Origin: a virus
Lineage: Duplodnaviria > Caudoviricetes
Direction: 5' to 3' (one strand)
DNA length: 60,440 bases
IMG/VR virus record: IMGVR_UViG_3300044297_000142
Span: 1 to 60,440 of that record
The notes below the pieces were generated by a model, which worked only from the letters and a program-made list of their open reading frames with translations, was not told where the DNA came from and made no database searches. Below are positions 1 to 9,869 of the stretch, in pieces. A program made the translations under genes and the position numbers. Each line of letters begins with the position of its first letter. Within the stretch, counting starts at the first letter, position 1.

Positions 1-45
1 AAGAAGATTATAGAAAAGCGAAACTTAAATCTAAAGGAGAATGAT

Positions 46-336
46 ATGGCTATGTTCGTTGAAGTGAATTCGTTTGAGAAAAAGTGTCCCGTTATTGTGA
101 ATCTTGATATGATCGTTGAGATTGCACCTTTGGTTGACGGTGGTTGTGTATTGTTTATGAATGATGGTGCAGGTATGAATTCCCGCCAAGGGCTTCGTGT
201 AACCGATAACTATGATCAATTCAAACAGTTTGCCATGCAGACTGTAACTGCTGAAGATATTGCTAAACGTTTTCCAAAAGCCGAAGCAAAAAAGAAACCT
301 GATTTGAATACACCTTTGGAAATTCCTAAGCTCTAA
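46..336 (+). CDS. hypothetical protein
   Basis: 96-aa ORF, strong AAGGAG RBS upstream, start of a tightly packed + strand run. Confidence 0.75.
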   Translation: MAMFVEVNSFEKKCPVIVNLDMIVEIAPLVDGGCVLFMNDGAGMNSRQGLRVTDNYDQFKQFAMQTVTAEDIAKRFPKAEAKKKPDLNTPLEIPKL

Positions 337-338
337 TC

Positions 339-800
339 ATGAATAAAATCCAAGCCATCGAAATTCTTGGCCGTACCGGCGAGAAAATTATTGCAAATAT
401 GTTGACCAATCTTGGTCTAAATGTGCAAGAATCTATCAATCATTTTGATTCGGAGAAAGATTTTCTTGTTGACGGCAAAAAAGTAGAGGTAAAAACCGAA
501 CAACCATATGTGTTGAAAAATGCATTTTCATTCAGAGAAAACCAATTGCGTAAATGCAAGTCTGTGGATGTTTTATATTTTGTTTCAATACCTCCATTGT
601 TCAACAAGAATTATAAATGGGGTGGATGGATTTTTCGTGCAGATCCACAAAAATTTAAATGCACATCTTATACCACAAAATCTGGCATGAGAATGATTGC
701 TGTTCCAATTGAACAAGAGGCAATGATTCCTGTTCAGAAAATGAAAAATGAGGAAATTGCAGAACTGTTGAAATATGCTGAATCTGCATATGCAAGATGA
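339..800 (+). CDS. putative PD-(D/E)XK-type nuclease
   Basis: GEK..helix, then D-x-x-x-DGKKVEVKT resembling the PD-(D/E)xK core. Confidence 0.45.
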   Translation: MNKIQAIEILGRTGEKIIANMLTNLGLNVQESINHFDSEKDFLVDGKKVEVKTEQPYVLKNAFSFRENQLRKCKSVDVLYFVSIPPLFNKNYKWGGWIFRADPQKFKCTSYTTKSGMRMIAVPIEQEAMIPVQKMKNEEIAELLKYAESAYAR

Positions 801-1090
801 ACGATATATTATTTGGAATCTTTGATTGGATAAAGAATGATTGGCGTAGCAATAAGTTTCGTTTTATTGTCGAGTTGCTTGCTTGGGCTATTAGTATTGG
901 GTGTAGTATTACTATGGCAACCACAGTCCCGAATCCCCCTTTACTTGCGCTGTATCCTGTTTGGATTTCTGGGTGCGCTATGTATGCTTGGGCTGCTTAT
1001 ACTCGGAAAAGTTTTGGTATGTTGGCTAACTATTTGTTATTAACCACAATTGATACTATTGGACTTTTGAGGATGTTATGGAATCTTTGA
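797..1090 (+). CDS. small membrane protein (~3 TM helices)
   Basis: Three hydrophobic stretches; ATGA overlap with upstream gene. Confidence 0.65.
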   Translation: MNDILFGIFDWIKNDWRSNKFRFIVELLAWAISIGCSITMATTVPNPPLLALYPVWISGCAMYAWAAYTRKSFGMLANYLLLTTIDTIGLLRMLWNL

Positions 1091-1362
1091 ATACACAAAC
1101 AATACTTACAACTTTTTCCGGACAACCACAATTATATAATACAGGCGGCGGCACTTTCAAAATGGAAGTTCCACAGTCCAATGTTATGGTTGCCAAACCT
1201 TTAACATATGAGTTTAGGGTTGCTGAATATACCGATGAAAAAGGTGATGTGGTAAAAGTTGGTTTACAAATGCAAGCCTGGGAACATGATAATTATGGAA
1301 CGGCAACACTCAAAAAACCATGGTTTGATGTAGAACGTGTTAAGATTCCATATACTGGTTGA
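1078..1362 (+). CDS. hypothetical protein
   Basis: 94-aa ORF, GAGGA RBS, overlaps upstream stop. Confidence 0.6.
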   Translation: MESLNTQTILTTFSGQPQLYNTGGGTFKMEVPQSNVMVAKPLTYEFRVAEYTDEKGDVVKVGLQMQAWEHDNYGTATLKKPWFDVERVKIPYTG

Positions 1363-1387
1363 CATATGTACCATTTTGTGATACAAT
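1359..1387 (+). promoter_or_regulatory. sigma70-type promoter (TTGACA-17-TACAAT, extended -10 TG)
   Basis: TTGACA 1359-1364, 17-bp spacer, TG at 1379-80, TACAAT 1382-1387. Confidence 0.75.
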
Positions 1388-1393
1388 TACATT

Positions 1394-1966
1394 ATGAATA
1401 TCTTTTATCTTGACCCAGACCCAAAAACCTGTGCTGAAATGCATTGTGATAAGCATGTGGTTAAAATGATTATTGAGTATGCACAGCTCATGTCCACGGC
1501 TCATCGTGTGGTTGACGGTGAACAATACACCGATCTAACGGCCAATGGCCGCCGGATTCAACGGTGGCGATTGAATGATGAACGTGAAAGTGTGCTCTAC
1601 AAAGCATCACACATTAATCATCCATCAGCAATCTGGTGTCGTGAGAATGATGAAAACTATGCATGGTTATATGCCATGTGGATTCACCTGTGTAAAGAAT
1701 ATACACACCGTTATGGCAAAACACATTCATGTGAACGCCTAAGCAAATTTTTGTTTTATTGTCCAACAAACATTCCTCAAGGCAAATTTTTTGCACCAAC
1801 ACCAGCCATGCCTGTTGATCTCAAAGTTATGGCTGAAAATCCACTGCCTGGTCGTAAATATGATAGCCTTAAGTCCTATCATAATTACTATATAAAGGAG
1901 AAAGTTCGTTTCGCCAAATGGAAAAATCGTATTATACCGGAGTGGTTCGCTAATGCCAGTTTATGA
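1394..1966 (+). CDS. pyrimidine-dimer DNA glycosylase / endonuclease V-like protein
   Basis: MNIFYLD...HCDKHVVKMIIEYAQL..H.NHP..IW...EYTHRYGKTH signature of the Pyr_excise-like phage family. Confidence 0.8.
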   Translation: MNIFYLDPDPKTCAEMHCDKHVVKMIIEYAQLMSTAHRVVDGEQYTDLTANGRRIQRWRLNDERESVLYKASHINHPSAIWCRENDENYAWLYAMWIHLCKEYTHRYGKTHSCERLSKFLFYCPTNIPQGKFFAPTPAMPVDLKVMAENPLPGRKYDSLKSYHNYYIKEKVRFAKWKNRIIPEWFANASL

Positions 1967-2234
1967 ATTTTTGAACAAAGATACAGGTGAGGTTGAAGAA
2001 CACACCATGTCATATAAAGTACTTGATGAATTCAAGGAACAAAATCCACATCTAGAAAGATATTTCAGCGTAGAAGGCCTTGCCGGTCTAGGTGATGGTC
2101 TACGCATGAATACACCAGGTACAGGTCAACCCGTCAAAGCATTTGAACAAGGTGTCATTCAACGCATCAAAGACACCGTGCCTGGCAATACACTTCATAA
2201 ATCACACAAAACTAAAATGCCGAGGGAATGGTAA
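1953..2234 (+). CDS. conserved small phage protein (FmdB-like N-terminus, lacks Cys)
   Basis: MPVYEF.N..TGE motif; typical position upstream of phoH in T4-like phages. Confidence 0.6.
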   Translation: MPVYEFLNKDTGEVEEHTMSYKVLDEFKEQNPHLERYFSVEGLAGLGDGLRMNTPGTGQPVKAFEQGVIQRIKDTVPGNTLHKSHKTKMPREW

Positions 2235-2404
2235 TGTCACAAGTGCCGGCTCTATTTTTACCGAAAGGATCCAATGGTAAAAAAACCACCGTGAAAAAAT
2301 CCCCAGTGAAGGTACAAGAAAAACAAAAAGTTGTAAAAATGGCTGCGTTATTAGGGGGTAATAATGGTCACAAGAAAAACACCAAAAAATCTGGAAGAAG
2401 TTAA
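2234..2404 (+). CDS. small Lys-rich protein (56 aa, not in ORF track)
   Basis: TAATG coupling to upstream stop; MSQVPALFLPKGSNGKKTTVKKSP...KKSGRS; fills the gap before phoH. Confidence 0.45.
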   Translation: MSQVPALFLPKGSNGKKTTVKKSPVKVQEKQKVVKMAALLGGNNGHKKNTKKSGRS

Positions 2405-3128
2405 TAGTGAAAACGAATGGAAAAACAAACATCAACCTGTAAATAATGCACTTAAGATCAAATTAGACCACCTCAAGACATTTGATCCGTTAACAGATAA
2501 TCAAAGAATTTTCTTTGATGCATATAAAAGAGGTGATTACTTTATTGCACTACATGGTGTAGCAGGCACAGGCAAAACATTCTGTGCAATGTATCGTGCT
2601 CTTGAAGAAGTATTGGACAAAGGTAATCCATTTAAAAAGATTATTGTTGTTCGCTCTGCGGTGCAAAGCCGTGAGATTGGTCACCTACCTGGTGATGTAT
2701 CAGAGAAAATGGAAATCTACCAACAACCATATCGTCAAATATGTGAAACACTATTTGGCCGCAAGGACGCATGGGACCGCTTGGAGGAACAAGGATACAT
2801 AGAATTTATAAGCACTTCATTTATTCGTGGTATGTCGTTTGATGACGCAATTATCATTGTAGATGAAATGCAAAACATGACCTTTGAAGAAATTGATACG
2901 GTCATGACACGTGTTGGTTATCGTTCTAAGATTATCTGGTGTGGTGATTATCGTCAAACAGATTTAAATAAAAAGAAGAACGATGTATCTGGTATTTTGA
3001 AGTTCTTTGATATTGCATATCATATGAAAGCATTTACTAAGATTGAGTTTGATGTGGATGATATTGTACGCAGTAGTCTTGTTAAAGATTATATTGTGGC
3101 CAAATTAAAGTATGAGGATATTACCTGA
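2364..3128 (+). CDS. phoH: PhoH-family ATPase
   Basis: Walker A GVAGTGKT, IGHLPG, RGMSFD, IIVDEMQN, GDYRQTDL, IVRS motifs. Confidence 0.95.
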   Translation: MVTRKTPKNLEEVNSENEWKNKHQPVNNALKIKLDHLKTFDPLTDNQRIFFDAYKRGDYFIALHGVAGTGKTFCAMYRALEEVLDKGNPFKKIIVVRSAVQSREIGHLPGDVSEKMEIYQQPYRQICETLFGRKDAWDRLEEQGYIEFISTSFIRGMSFDDAIIIVDEMQNMTFEEIDTVMTRVGYRSKIIWCGDYRQTDLNKKKNDVSGILKFFDIAYHMKAFTKIEFDVDDIVRSSLVKDYIVAKLKYEDIT

Positions 3129-3136
3129 GGTTTATT

Positions 3137-3850
3137 ATGTTTTTCTTTAAAAGAAATAAAATTCATTTAGATTGTTTTACGCCATTCAAACATGTTTATG
3201 AGTATTCACCAATCGATAAAGCAACCAAGTCTTTACCTGATTGGTGGAAAAGAATGGAAAAAGGAAATACAATTAAAAGTTGTAGTGGACTTTTAGATTT
3301 TCATAAAGAATCTATCAGTTTGAATATGTGGTGTGATTTGTCCATTTCAATGAACTTTTTTGAACCACAAACTTTCCCTACAAAACGTTATACATTTTCT
3401 GACAACGTTACACAGGCCACTCTGCACGACAAAAAACAATATGGTGATTTTATCGATGCTGAATATACACACATGAAGATTAATTCTCCATGGGCATTTA
3501 ACACAAAAGAAAATATAAATTGGGTCTGGGTCTCAAACACCTGGCAAAAAAATTTAAACGACCACTTTACTGTATTAAATGGTGTAGTAAACTATTCGCA
3601 CGTATATGCAACACATATAAACATGATCATTAAGTGTGAGAAAAATAAAACCAAAGATTTTGTTATTGAACACAATACACCTCTGGTGAATATTTTTCCT
3701 ATGTCGGAAAAAGAAGTTGTTATACACAACCATTTAATTGACGAAAAAAAGTTTGCGGATATGATAACATTTCGACCATTGAAATTTAATAATCCATATC
3801 CATATCAAGTAAAATTAAAAGAAAAGAGTGGTTGTCCATTCCACAGATAA
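3137..3850 (+). CDS. hypothetical protein (LPDWWK / C-terminal GCPFH)
   Basis: 237-aa ORF with GAGG RBS; beta-rich; function not recognisable. Confidence 0.7.
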   Translation: MFFFKRNKIHLDCFTPFKHVYEYSPIDKATKSLPDWWKRMEKGNTIKSCSGLLDFHKESISLNMWCDLSISMNFFEPQTFPTKRYTFSDNVTQATLHDKKQYGDFIDAEYTHMKINSPWAFNTKENINWVWVSNTWQKNLNDHFTVLNGVVNYSHVYATHINMIIKCEKNKTKDFVIEHNTPLVNIFPMSEKEVVIHNHLIDEKKFADMITFRPLKFNNPYPYQVKLKEKSGCPFHR

Positions 3851-3851
3851 T

Positions 3852-4505
3852 ATGTTTACCTTTTGCCCACCAAAACAAATTGATGATTTAAAATCTGAAA
3901 CTTTTCCTGATGGGAAAAGATACTATACCTTGCATGATGGTACTCGTTTGCCATCCGTTACTACCGTAATTGGTGCAAAGAAAAAGGAAGCAATTATGGC
4001 ATGGCGTAGGCGTGTGGGTGAAGAAACTGCTAATAAGATATCTAAACAAGCCACATCCCGTGGCACCAATGTACATACGTTATGTGAGAGATACATTCGC
4101 AACGAACCACTAGGTCAAATTATGCCAGATGCGTTGGAAATGTTCAAGAGCATCAGACCTCATCTACATAAAATAAATAATATACACTATCAAGAACAGG
4201 CATTATGGTCCAAAAACATACAGATGGCTGGTCGTGTTGATTTGATTGCAGAATGGGAAGGTAAACTTTCTGTAATTGATTTTAAAACGTCCAAAAAAAT
4301 TAAATATGCACAAGACATTCAAGATTATTTTGCACAATGTACCGCATATTCATGTATGTACGAAGAATTGGTTGGTAATCCAATCGACCAGATTGTTGTT
4401 TTGATGGCGGTAGAAAATGAAAAACCATTGGTTTTCATTGAAAAAACGGAAGATCACCTAAATAATTTGATTGAACACATCACGTTCTACAGAGAAAACA
4501 AATAA
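3852..4505 (+). CDS. PD-(D/E)XK exonuclease (T4-like phage exonuclease downstream of phoH)
   Basis: PSVTTV, RGT..H, GRVDLIA..IDFKTS, Q..AY motifs; start moved to ATG 3852. Confidence 0.88.
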   Translation: MFTFCPPKQIDDLKSETFPDGKRYYTLHDGTRLPSVTTVIGAKKKEAIMAWRRRVGEETANKISKQATSRGTNVHTLCERYIRNEPLGQIMPDALEMFKSIRPHLHKINNIHYQEQALWSKNIQMAGRVDLIAEWEGKLSVIDFKTSKKIKYAQDIQDYFAQCTAYSCMYEELVGNPIDQIVVLMAVENEKPLVFIEKTEDHLNNLIEHITFYRENK

Positions 4506-4514
4506 TTAGGTGTA

Positions 4515-4522
4515 TATAAATA
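4515..4522 (+). promoter_or_regulatory. T4-type late promoter TATAAATA
   Basis: Exact T4 gp55 consensus in intergenic gap ~30 bp before glycine-rich gene. Confidence 0.75.
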
Positions 4523-4550
4523 TCTAATCTAACATAATTATTTAAAAAAA

Positions 4551-6386
4551 ATGGCTTTACCATCATCAGGTGCAATAACAATTGCTCAAATTGCTGCTCA
4601 ATTCAGTTCTGTAGCTAGCGGTTATTCATTGAGTTCATATAACGGCGTTGGTTGGTGGTTGGCAGGCGGTCCAGATGATGGCACTCTAACTGGAACATTC
4701 GGCCGACCAACATCAATGTCATCTTTCTATAACAAACAAGGTAACCAACCAGGTCCTTGGTTAGTTTGGGCTGCTCTTGGTGGCGGTGGCGGCGGCGGTG
4801 GTGGCCTTACACCCACCTGGCCAGGTGTTGCCAGAGGTGGTGGCGCAGGAGGAGGAATGTATCCTGTTCCGCCAGGATCAACTTTTAAAAGATGGGCTTT
4901 TTCAACCGCTAGCGTAACCATTGGAGCTGGTGGTGCTGGCGGTGCAGCCACTCCTGGAGGATCAAACGGATCTGCCGGAGGCTCAACAACCGTTACAATC
5001 GCAGGATCAGCATACACAGCTCCAGGTGGAGGAGGTAGTAACGGCGGCCAAGGTGGAACAACACCACCCGGTGCATTTACTGGTGGTGCTGCGGGCACTT
5101 ATGGTGGCGGCGGTGGTGGAAGTGCGGTTGCCAACGGCGGTGCATATACCACACCAGCCACCGGCATCGGCGGAGGTAGTGTTAGCTCTTGGGCCAATTT
5201 TTCATCAAGTTTCCCCGGATATACAAACTTTGGCGGTGGTGGTGGCGGTAACGCAACTCCAAACAACTACCAAGGCGGTGATAGCGGAACACCAAGTTTT
5301 GGTAACAATAAATCTAAAGGTGGTTGGACGGGCCAAGATTCTTATGGAAATGCACTCTACTACAATCCTTGGGCAGTTTCTGATATTTTAGGTTGTGGCG
5401 GTGGTGCAGCTTCTACTGTTCCTGGTAACCAACAAAATGCGCCTCCAAATGGTGCTCCAATGGGTGTAGGTGGAAGTGGAGCAGGCGGTGCAGTCATTAT
5501 TTCACTTAGTTCATCGAGCGGTGGTTTAAATTATGACGGCAACTATTTTGGTTTTGTGTATGGTTCAAACACCTATTATGTATTGACCTCAAGTGGAACA
5601 ATAACAACACACTTTAAGCCAACTGGAACTGTTGCAACTGGATCACAGATGAACGGTTCAAACGGTTATGTTGGCGGTAAACCATATTTCACTAATACTA
5701 GCGGAACATCTTTTTACGGTTCTTTTACATATCAAGGAGCCAACGGAAGTTGGTCTGTTCTATTACCTAGAAATAGTGATGGTGGTTCTGGTTTTAGTGG
5801 TCAACAACTTGTTGGTGTACATCCAAGCAGCAACTGGTCTACAGCTGAGTTGGCTGAACTTGGAATCAGCAGTCCAGCATATGGTACAAGGTATCAACTA
5901 AAATACTTTGGTGTTAACCAAGATCGTGGAACAGTAATGTCATATGGAAAAATGACAAGAACCGCATATCTTGCTGCTAAGGCTGCGGGCGGAGGTGCTG
6001 TTGCAATATCTGTTTTTAACAACTTCCAATCTGGCGGTAACTTTGACGGCAACTATGCTGGTGGTAACGCACTTATTCCTTGTGTTTTATGGTCTCACCA
6101 TTCACCAGGCGGCCGTGGTTATGCTAACTGGTACTACTTGAATCCAGATGACCGAACACCAGATACGACCTGGAGAAATTCTGCTGACTATTGGTATCCA
6201 AACTTTACAAGTGGATATCAATGGTGGTGTTATGGTACTCGACAAGGTGCAAACGGACAACCTTTGTTGCCTATCTATTCTGGTTATCAATGGACAATTG
6301 GTGTAGACGATATCGTTTTCCCAGTTTGTGATGACCAGAACGCTGGTGGTTCAAGTCAAATGGTAATAAAATGTAACGTTTTCTAA
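4551..6386 (+). CDS. glycine-rich virion/adhesin-like protein
   Basis: MALPSSGAI N-terminus typical of phage fibre-tip proteins; many GGGG runs; aromatic-rich C-terminal domain; late promoter. Confidence 0.65.
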   Translation: MALPSSGAITIAQIAAQFSSVASGYSLSSYNGVGWWLAGGPDDGTLTGTFGRPTSMSSFYNKQGNQPGPWLVWAALGGGGGGGGGLTPTWPGVARGGGAGGGMYPVPPGSTFKRWAFSTASVTIGAGGAGGAATPGGSNGSAGGSTTVTIAGSAYTAPGGGGSNGGQGGTTPPGAFTGGAAGTYGGGGGGSAVANGGAYTTPATGIGGGSVSSWANFSSSFPGYTNFGGGGGGNATPNNYQGGDSGTPSFGNNKSKGGWTGQDSYGNALYYNPWAVSDILGCGGGAASTVPGNQQNAPPNGAPMGVGGSGAGGAVIISLSSSSGGLNYDGNYFGFVYGSNTYYVLTSSGTITTHFKPTGTVATGSQMNGSNGYVGGKPYFTNTSGTSFYGSFTYQGANGSWSVLLPRNSDGGSGFSGQQLVGVHPSSNWSTAELAELGISSPAYGTRYQLKYFGVNQDRGTVMSYGKMTRTAYLAAKAAGGGAVAISVFNNFQSGGNFDGNYAGGNALIPCVLWSHHSPGGRGYANWYYLNPDDRTPDTTWRNSADYWYPNFTSGYQWWCYGTRQGANGQPLLPIYSGYQWTIGVDDIVFPVCDDQNAGGSSQMVIKCNVF

Positions 6387-6412
6387 TCATGTAATTTTTT
6401 GTTATTTAAAAA

Positions 6413-7507
6413 ATGATGTATTATTATTGTTCCGATGGAACAAAATTTGATTCAAAAGTAGAAGCGTTAGAACATAGTAATAAAAATAAAGTTGAATTAA
6501 ATTTTTATTACTATGATTACATCTATGAAAAAATAGATTGGACATTTGAGCCACCACATTCACTAGATTACTATTATCTAGAACAAGCCAAAAGAATACG
6601 TGATGCATATGATTATGTCATATTGTGTTATAGTGGTGGTTATGATTCAACCAACATATTAGAAACATTTCACTTCAACAACATCAAACTGGATAAGATT
6701 GTATCTGTTGGTGCATTTGATCAAGATACGACACAATCATCTGATGAAAACCATAACGGTGAAATTTATCAGAACGTAATTCCATATGTAAAAGAGTTGG
6801 GACTTGAACACATATTACAAGTCATCGACTATACCAAGTTCTTTGATAACACCAAAAACTTTTCTATACTGAATCAAAACCAAAATTGGATTGATTTATG
6901 TGGTGCATGGTTTAGTCCACATAATTGGTTCTGGTATGACATAGAAAAGTTTGTTGTGCCTGAAGAATATAAGAATAAAAAAGTTGCCATAATATTTGGT
7001 AAGGATAAACCTTCTTTATTTTTTTCCGAAAAGGGCAAGATAGTAAAGTTGTCTGACGGTACAATGCAATTAAATGGTTTCTTTTTTAGAGATACGCCAT
7101 TATTGTCTTATGCTTCTACTGAATACAAAAGAAAACTTCACGGCAATATCAAAAGAATAGACTTCTATTGGGATCCTGAATTTCCGGAAATTTTGTTGAA
7201 ACAGTTGCATGTTTTACATAGATACTATACAATCACATACGAACTTCTTTATGATATGAAAGAAGGTGTTCCAAAATTTTCAGACAAAACAATCAATGAT
7301 TTGGTTTATAATTTGCGTAAACCCATAATATTCAAATCTCCAAAAAGTAAGACACTTGAACTGAGTCTGAGGGACAATTATTTAAAAGAAAAAACAAATA
7401 ACAGTATTTACGAATTGCACCAAAAGGGATTGAAAGAATTACATCAAAGAGTAGGCCCAGAAAAAACTCAGCCTGTCAATTCCAGATTTTATGGCATAAT
7501 AAATTAA
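6413..7507 (+). CDS. PP-loop (adenine nucleotide alpha-hydrolase-like) enzyme, paralogue 1
   Basis: YDYVILCYSGGYDS; GKDKP; FYWD...LKQLH. Confidence 0.7.
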   Translation: MMYYYCSDGTKFDSKVEALEHSNKNKVELNFYYYDYIYEKIDWTFEPPHSLDYYYLEQAKRIRDAYDYVILCYSGGYDSTNILETFHFNNIKLDKIVSVGAFDQDTTQSSDENHNGEIYQNVIPYVKELGLEHILQVIDYTKFFDNTKNFSILNQNQNWIDLCGAWFSPHNWFWYDIEKFVVPEEYKNKKVAIIFGKDKPSLFFSEKGKIVKLSDGTMQLNGFFFRDTPLLSYASTEYKRKLHGNIKRIDFYWDPEFPEILLKQLHVLHRYYTITYELLYDMKEGVPKFSDKTINDLVYNLRKPIIFKSPKSKTLELSLRDNYLKEKTNNSIYELHQKGLKELHQRVGPEKTQPVNSRFYGIIN

Positions 7508-7519
7508 TAGAAGAATAAA

Positions 7520-8605
7520 ATGCACTATTATTGCGATGATGGCAAAATTTTTAATTCTAAGATTGAGGCCTTAAAATATTCACAAAAGAATAATATAAAA
7601 ACATATTTTTATTATGATGACGATGCATGGTCAAAACAAGATTGGAAAACAGAACCGCCAGGCACATTAGAATACCACTATTTACAACAAGCTAAAAGGC
7701 TGCGTGATGAATATGATTATTTGATCTTGGCGTATTCTGGTGGCCACGATTCAACAAATATATTGGAAACTTTTTATTATAACAATATCAAGTTGGACAA
7801 AATAATAACAGTTGGTGCGTTGAGTCAAGATTCAATGTCAGGTGTAGATGAGAATCACAATGGTGAATTGTATCATAATGTTTTTCCGTATATCAAAGAA
7901 CTAGGCCTAGAATCCATCACTGAAGTCTATGACTACACAAAGTATTTTGTTAAACCGGATGTTTTGACTATCACACAATATTCGGATGATTGGATTAATT
8001 ATATTGGTCCTTGGTTCAGTCCACACCATTGGTTTTGGAATGATATAGAAAGATATGTAATACCAAAAAGTTTAGGTAACAAAAAAGTTGCATTGATCTT
8101 TGGTAAAGATAAACCTGCCTTGTTCTTCAACCCCAATGGAAACATGGTTAGATTACCAACAGGTAATTATATGTTGAACAGTTTTTGTTTCAGAGATTTG
8201 CCGTTGGCCGGTTATGGTAATTTTTTAAATAAGGTTAGTGTGAGTAATTGTGACCGAATTAATTTTTATTGGGACCACAAATACCCTTACATTTTAATCA
8301 AACAGTTGCATTTACTCAAACAGGTATACCAAATACAAAAAACAAATGAGTATACGCAAGAAACCGGAGTTCAAAAATTAAGTGGTGTAAATACTGACGA
8401 AATAGTGTATAATCTAAGGAAGCCAATATTATACAAATCACCAAAAAGCAAAACAAATTATCTTAGTTTGAGAGACAGTTATCTAATGAATAAAACAGAT
8501 TCGTTTGTTTATACATTATACAATGCTGGCATTTCAAAATTAAATTTTGGTGTGAATAAAAGTGCTCAAAGTCCCATATCAACAAAATTTTATGATCTAA
8601 TATAA
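7520..8605 (+). CDS. PP-loop enzyme, paralogue 2
   Basis: YDYLILAYSGGHDS; DENHNGE, WFSPH.WFW, GKDKP shared with paralogue 1. Confidence 0.7.
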   Translation: MHYYCDDGKIFNSKIEALKYSQKNNIKTYFYYDDDAWSKQDWKTEPPGTLEYHYLQQAKRLRDEYDYLILAYSGGHDSTNILETFYYNNIKLDKIITVGALSQDSMSGVDENHNGELYHNVFPYIKELGLESITEVYDYTKYFVKPDVLTITQYSDDWINYIGPWFSPHHWFWNDIERYVIPKSLGNKKVALIFGKDKPALFFNPNGNMVRLPTGNYMLNSFCFRDLPLAGYGNFLNKVSVSNCDRINFYWDHKYPYILIKQLHLLKQVYQIQKTNEYTQETGVQKLSGVNTDEIVYNLRKPILYKSPKSKTNYLSLRDSYLMNKTDSFVYTLYNAGISKLNFGVNKSAQSPISTKFYDLI

Positions 8606-9420
8606 TGGCAACAAAAAACGACTGGTTCACCACAAGTCTCAAAAATAGGTCGCCAACAAACTTGTGTGATTTTGAAATACAAATGGCACCTTATGATTTT
8701 AATCCAGATTCTTTTATGAATCAAGCCAAAAGAGTTGCTCATGAATTGGCCGAAAAGCACGATAAGATTTATGTTTGTTATAGTGGTGGTTTAGATTCTG
8801 AATTCGTATTAAAAACCTTTTGTGACGAAGGTTTGCCAATCACACCAGTATTAATAGATACACCATACAATCAAATGGAATCTGAATGGGCTTATAATTT
8901 TTGTAAGGAAAAAGGAGTAAAACCTGAGGTTTTGTCTTTTTCAAAAAATGATATTTTGGATAGATTAAAAGAAAAAACAATAGACAGAAACTTGTTCTCT
9001 TTACTTGGTGGTCTTCCTTTGATTGTATGTGACGAGGTAAATAAACAATCAGGTAAACTTATAACTGGTTACGGAGATCCATTTATTGTTCAGTCAGGCA
9101 ACAACATGGATGAAACAGTAAAAAATAAATTACAGTTTTGTGAATGGGATTATTACCTTGATGATTATGATCCTACACATCCGTCAGGATTCTTTACTTA
9201 CGATATAGGTTTGTTTTTTGCACTTATATGTGAAATACAAATGCTTTTACCCTTACAACAAGCCAAGTCAAAACTATATCAATTACCAAATAGAATCAAA
9301 ATGTTTTGGAAAAAAGAATTTTACGAAACATTCCATGAAATGAAATTGAATATTGAAACACACTATTGTTTTATGGAAAAATCTGATTTGATTTCTGATT
9401 TAAATAAATTTATAAAATGA
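8605..9420 (+). CDS. PP-loop enzyme, divergent paralogue 3
   Basis: KIYVCYSGGLDSE; LITGYGDP. Confidence 0.65.
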   Translation: MATKNDWFTTSLKNRSPTNLCDFEIQMAPYDFNPDSFMNQAKRVAHELAEKHDKIYVCYSGGLDSEFVLKTFCDEGLPITPVLIDTPYNQMESEWAYNFCKEKGVKPEVLSFSKNDILDRLKEKTIDRNLFSLLGGLPLIVCDEVNKQSGKLITGYGDPFIVQSGNNMDETVKNKLQFCEWDYYLDDYDPTHPSGFFTYDIGLFFALICEIQMLLPLQQAKSKLYQLPNRIKMFWKKEFYETFHEMKLNIETHYCFMEKSDLISDLNKFIK

Positions 9421-9860
9421 TTTATGTATTGTATTTTTTCTTATGGACTTTCATGCTCTATTGGATACATCGTGTAACCCATAGGATTAAATTCGTCAAT
9501 AGATATCATTCTAAACACCATTCATTTATCAATAAAAATATAAGATCCGGCAATCAAAACAAGTGGCATTGGAACAACCTTTTTTTGTTCAATGACGATG
9601 TAGAAAGTACGATTGATTTATGGATAACAGAGGTTGTACCGACAATATTATTTTCTTTGGTCACAGGTCAATCGTGGATCTTTGTGTTTTACTATGTTTG
9701 GGCAGCCTTCATACAAGAGTCGGTGGAACATAACCTAAATATAGATTATCCACTTCTATTAAGTGGAAAAAGACACTTAATTCATCATGAATTACCAAAT
9801 AAAAATTTTGGACTATTCTTTCCAATATGGGATAGATTATTCAAAACTTACCAAAAATGA
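9417..9860 (+). CDS. fatty acid hydroxylase / sterol desaturase family membrane protein
   Basis: His boxes YWIHRVTH, HSKHH, H...HLIHH..NFG..FPIWDRLF. Confidence 0.85.
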   Translation: MIYVLYFFLWTFMLYWIHRVTHRIKFVNRYHSKHHSFINKNIRSGNQNKWHWNNLFLFNDDVESTIDLWITEVVPTILFSLVTGQSWIFVFYYVWAAFIQESVEHNLNIDYPLLLSGKRHLIHHELPNKNFGLFFPIWDRLFKTYQK

Positions 9861-9869
9861 GGTTAAAAA

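Noticed and set aside
3852-4505. Cas4 / CRISPR system
   Set aside because: Lacks the four-Cys Fe-S motif, there are no other cas genes and no repeat-spacer array was seen. The repeats found are coding repeats or short leader motifs.
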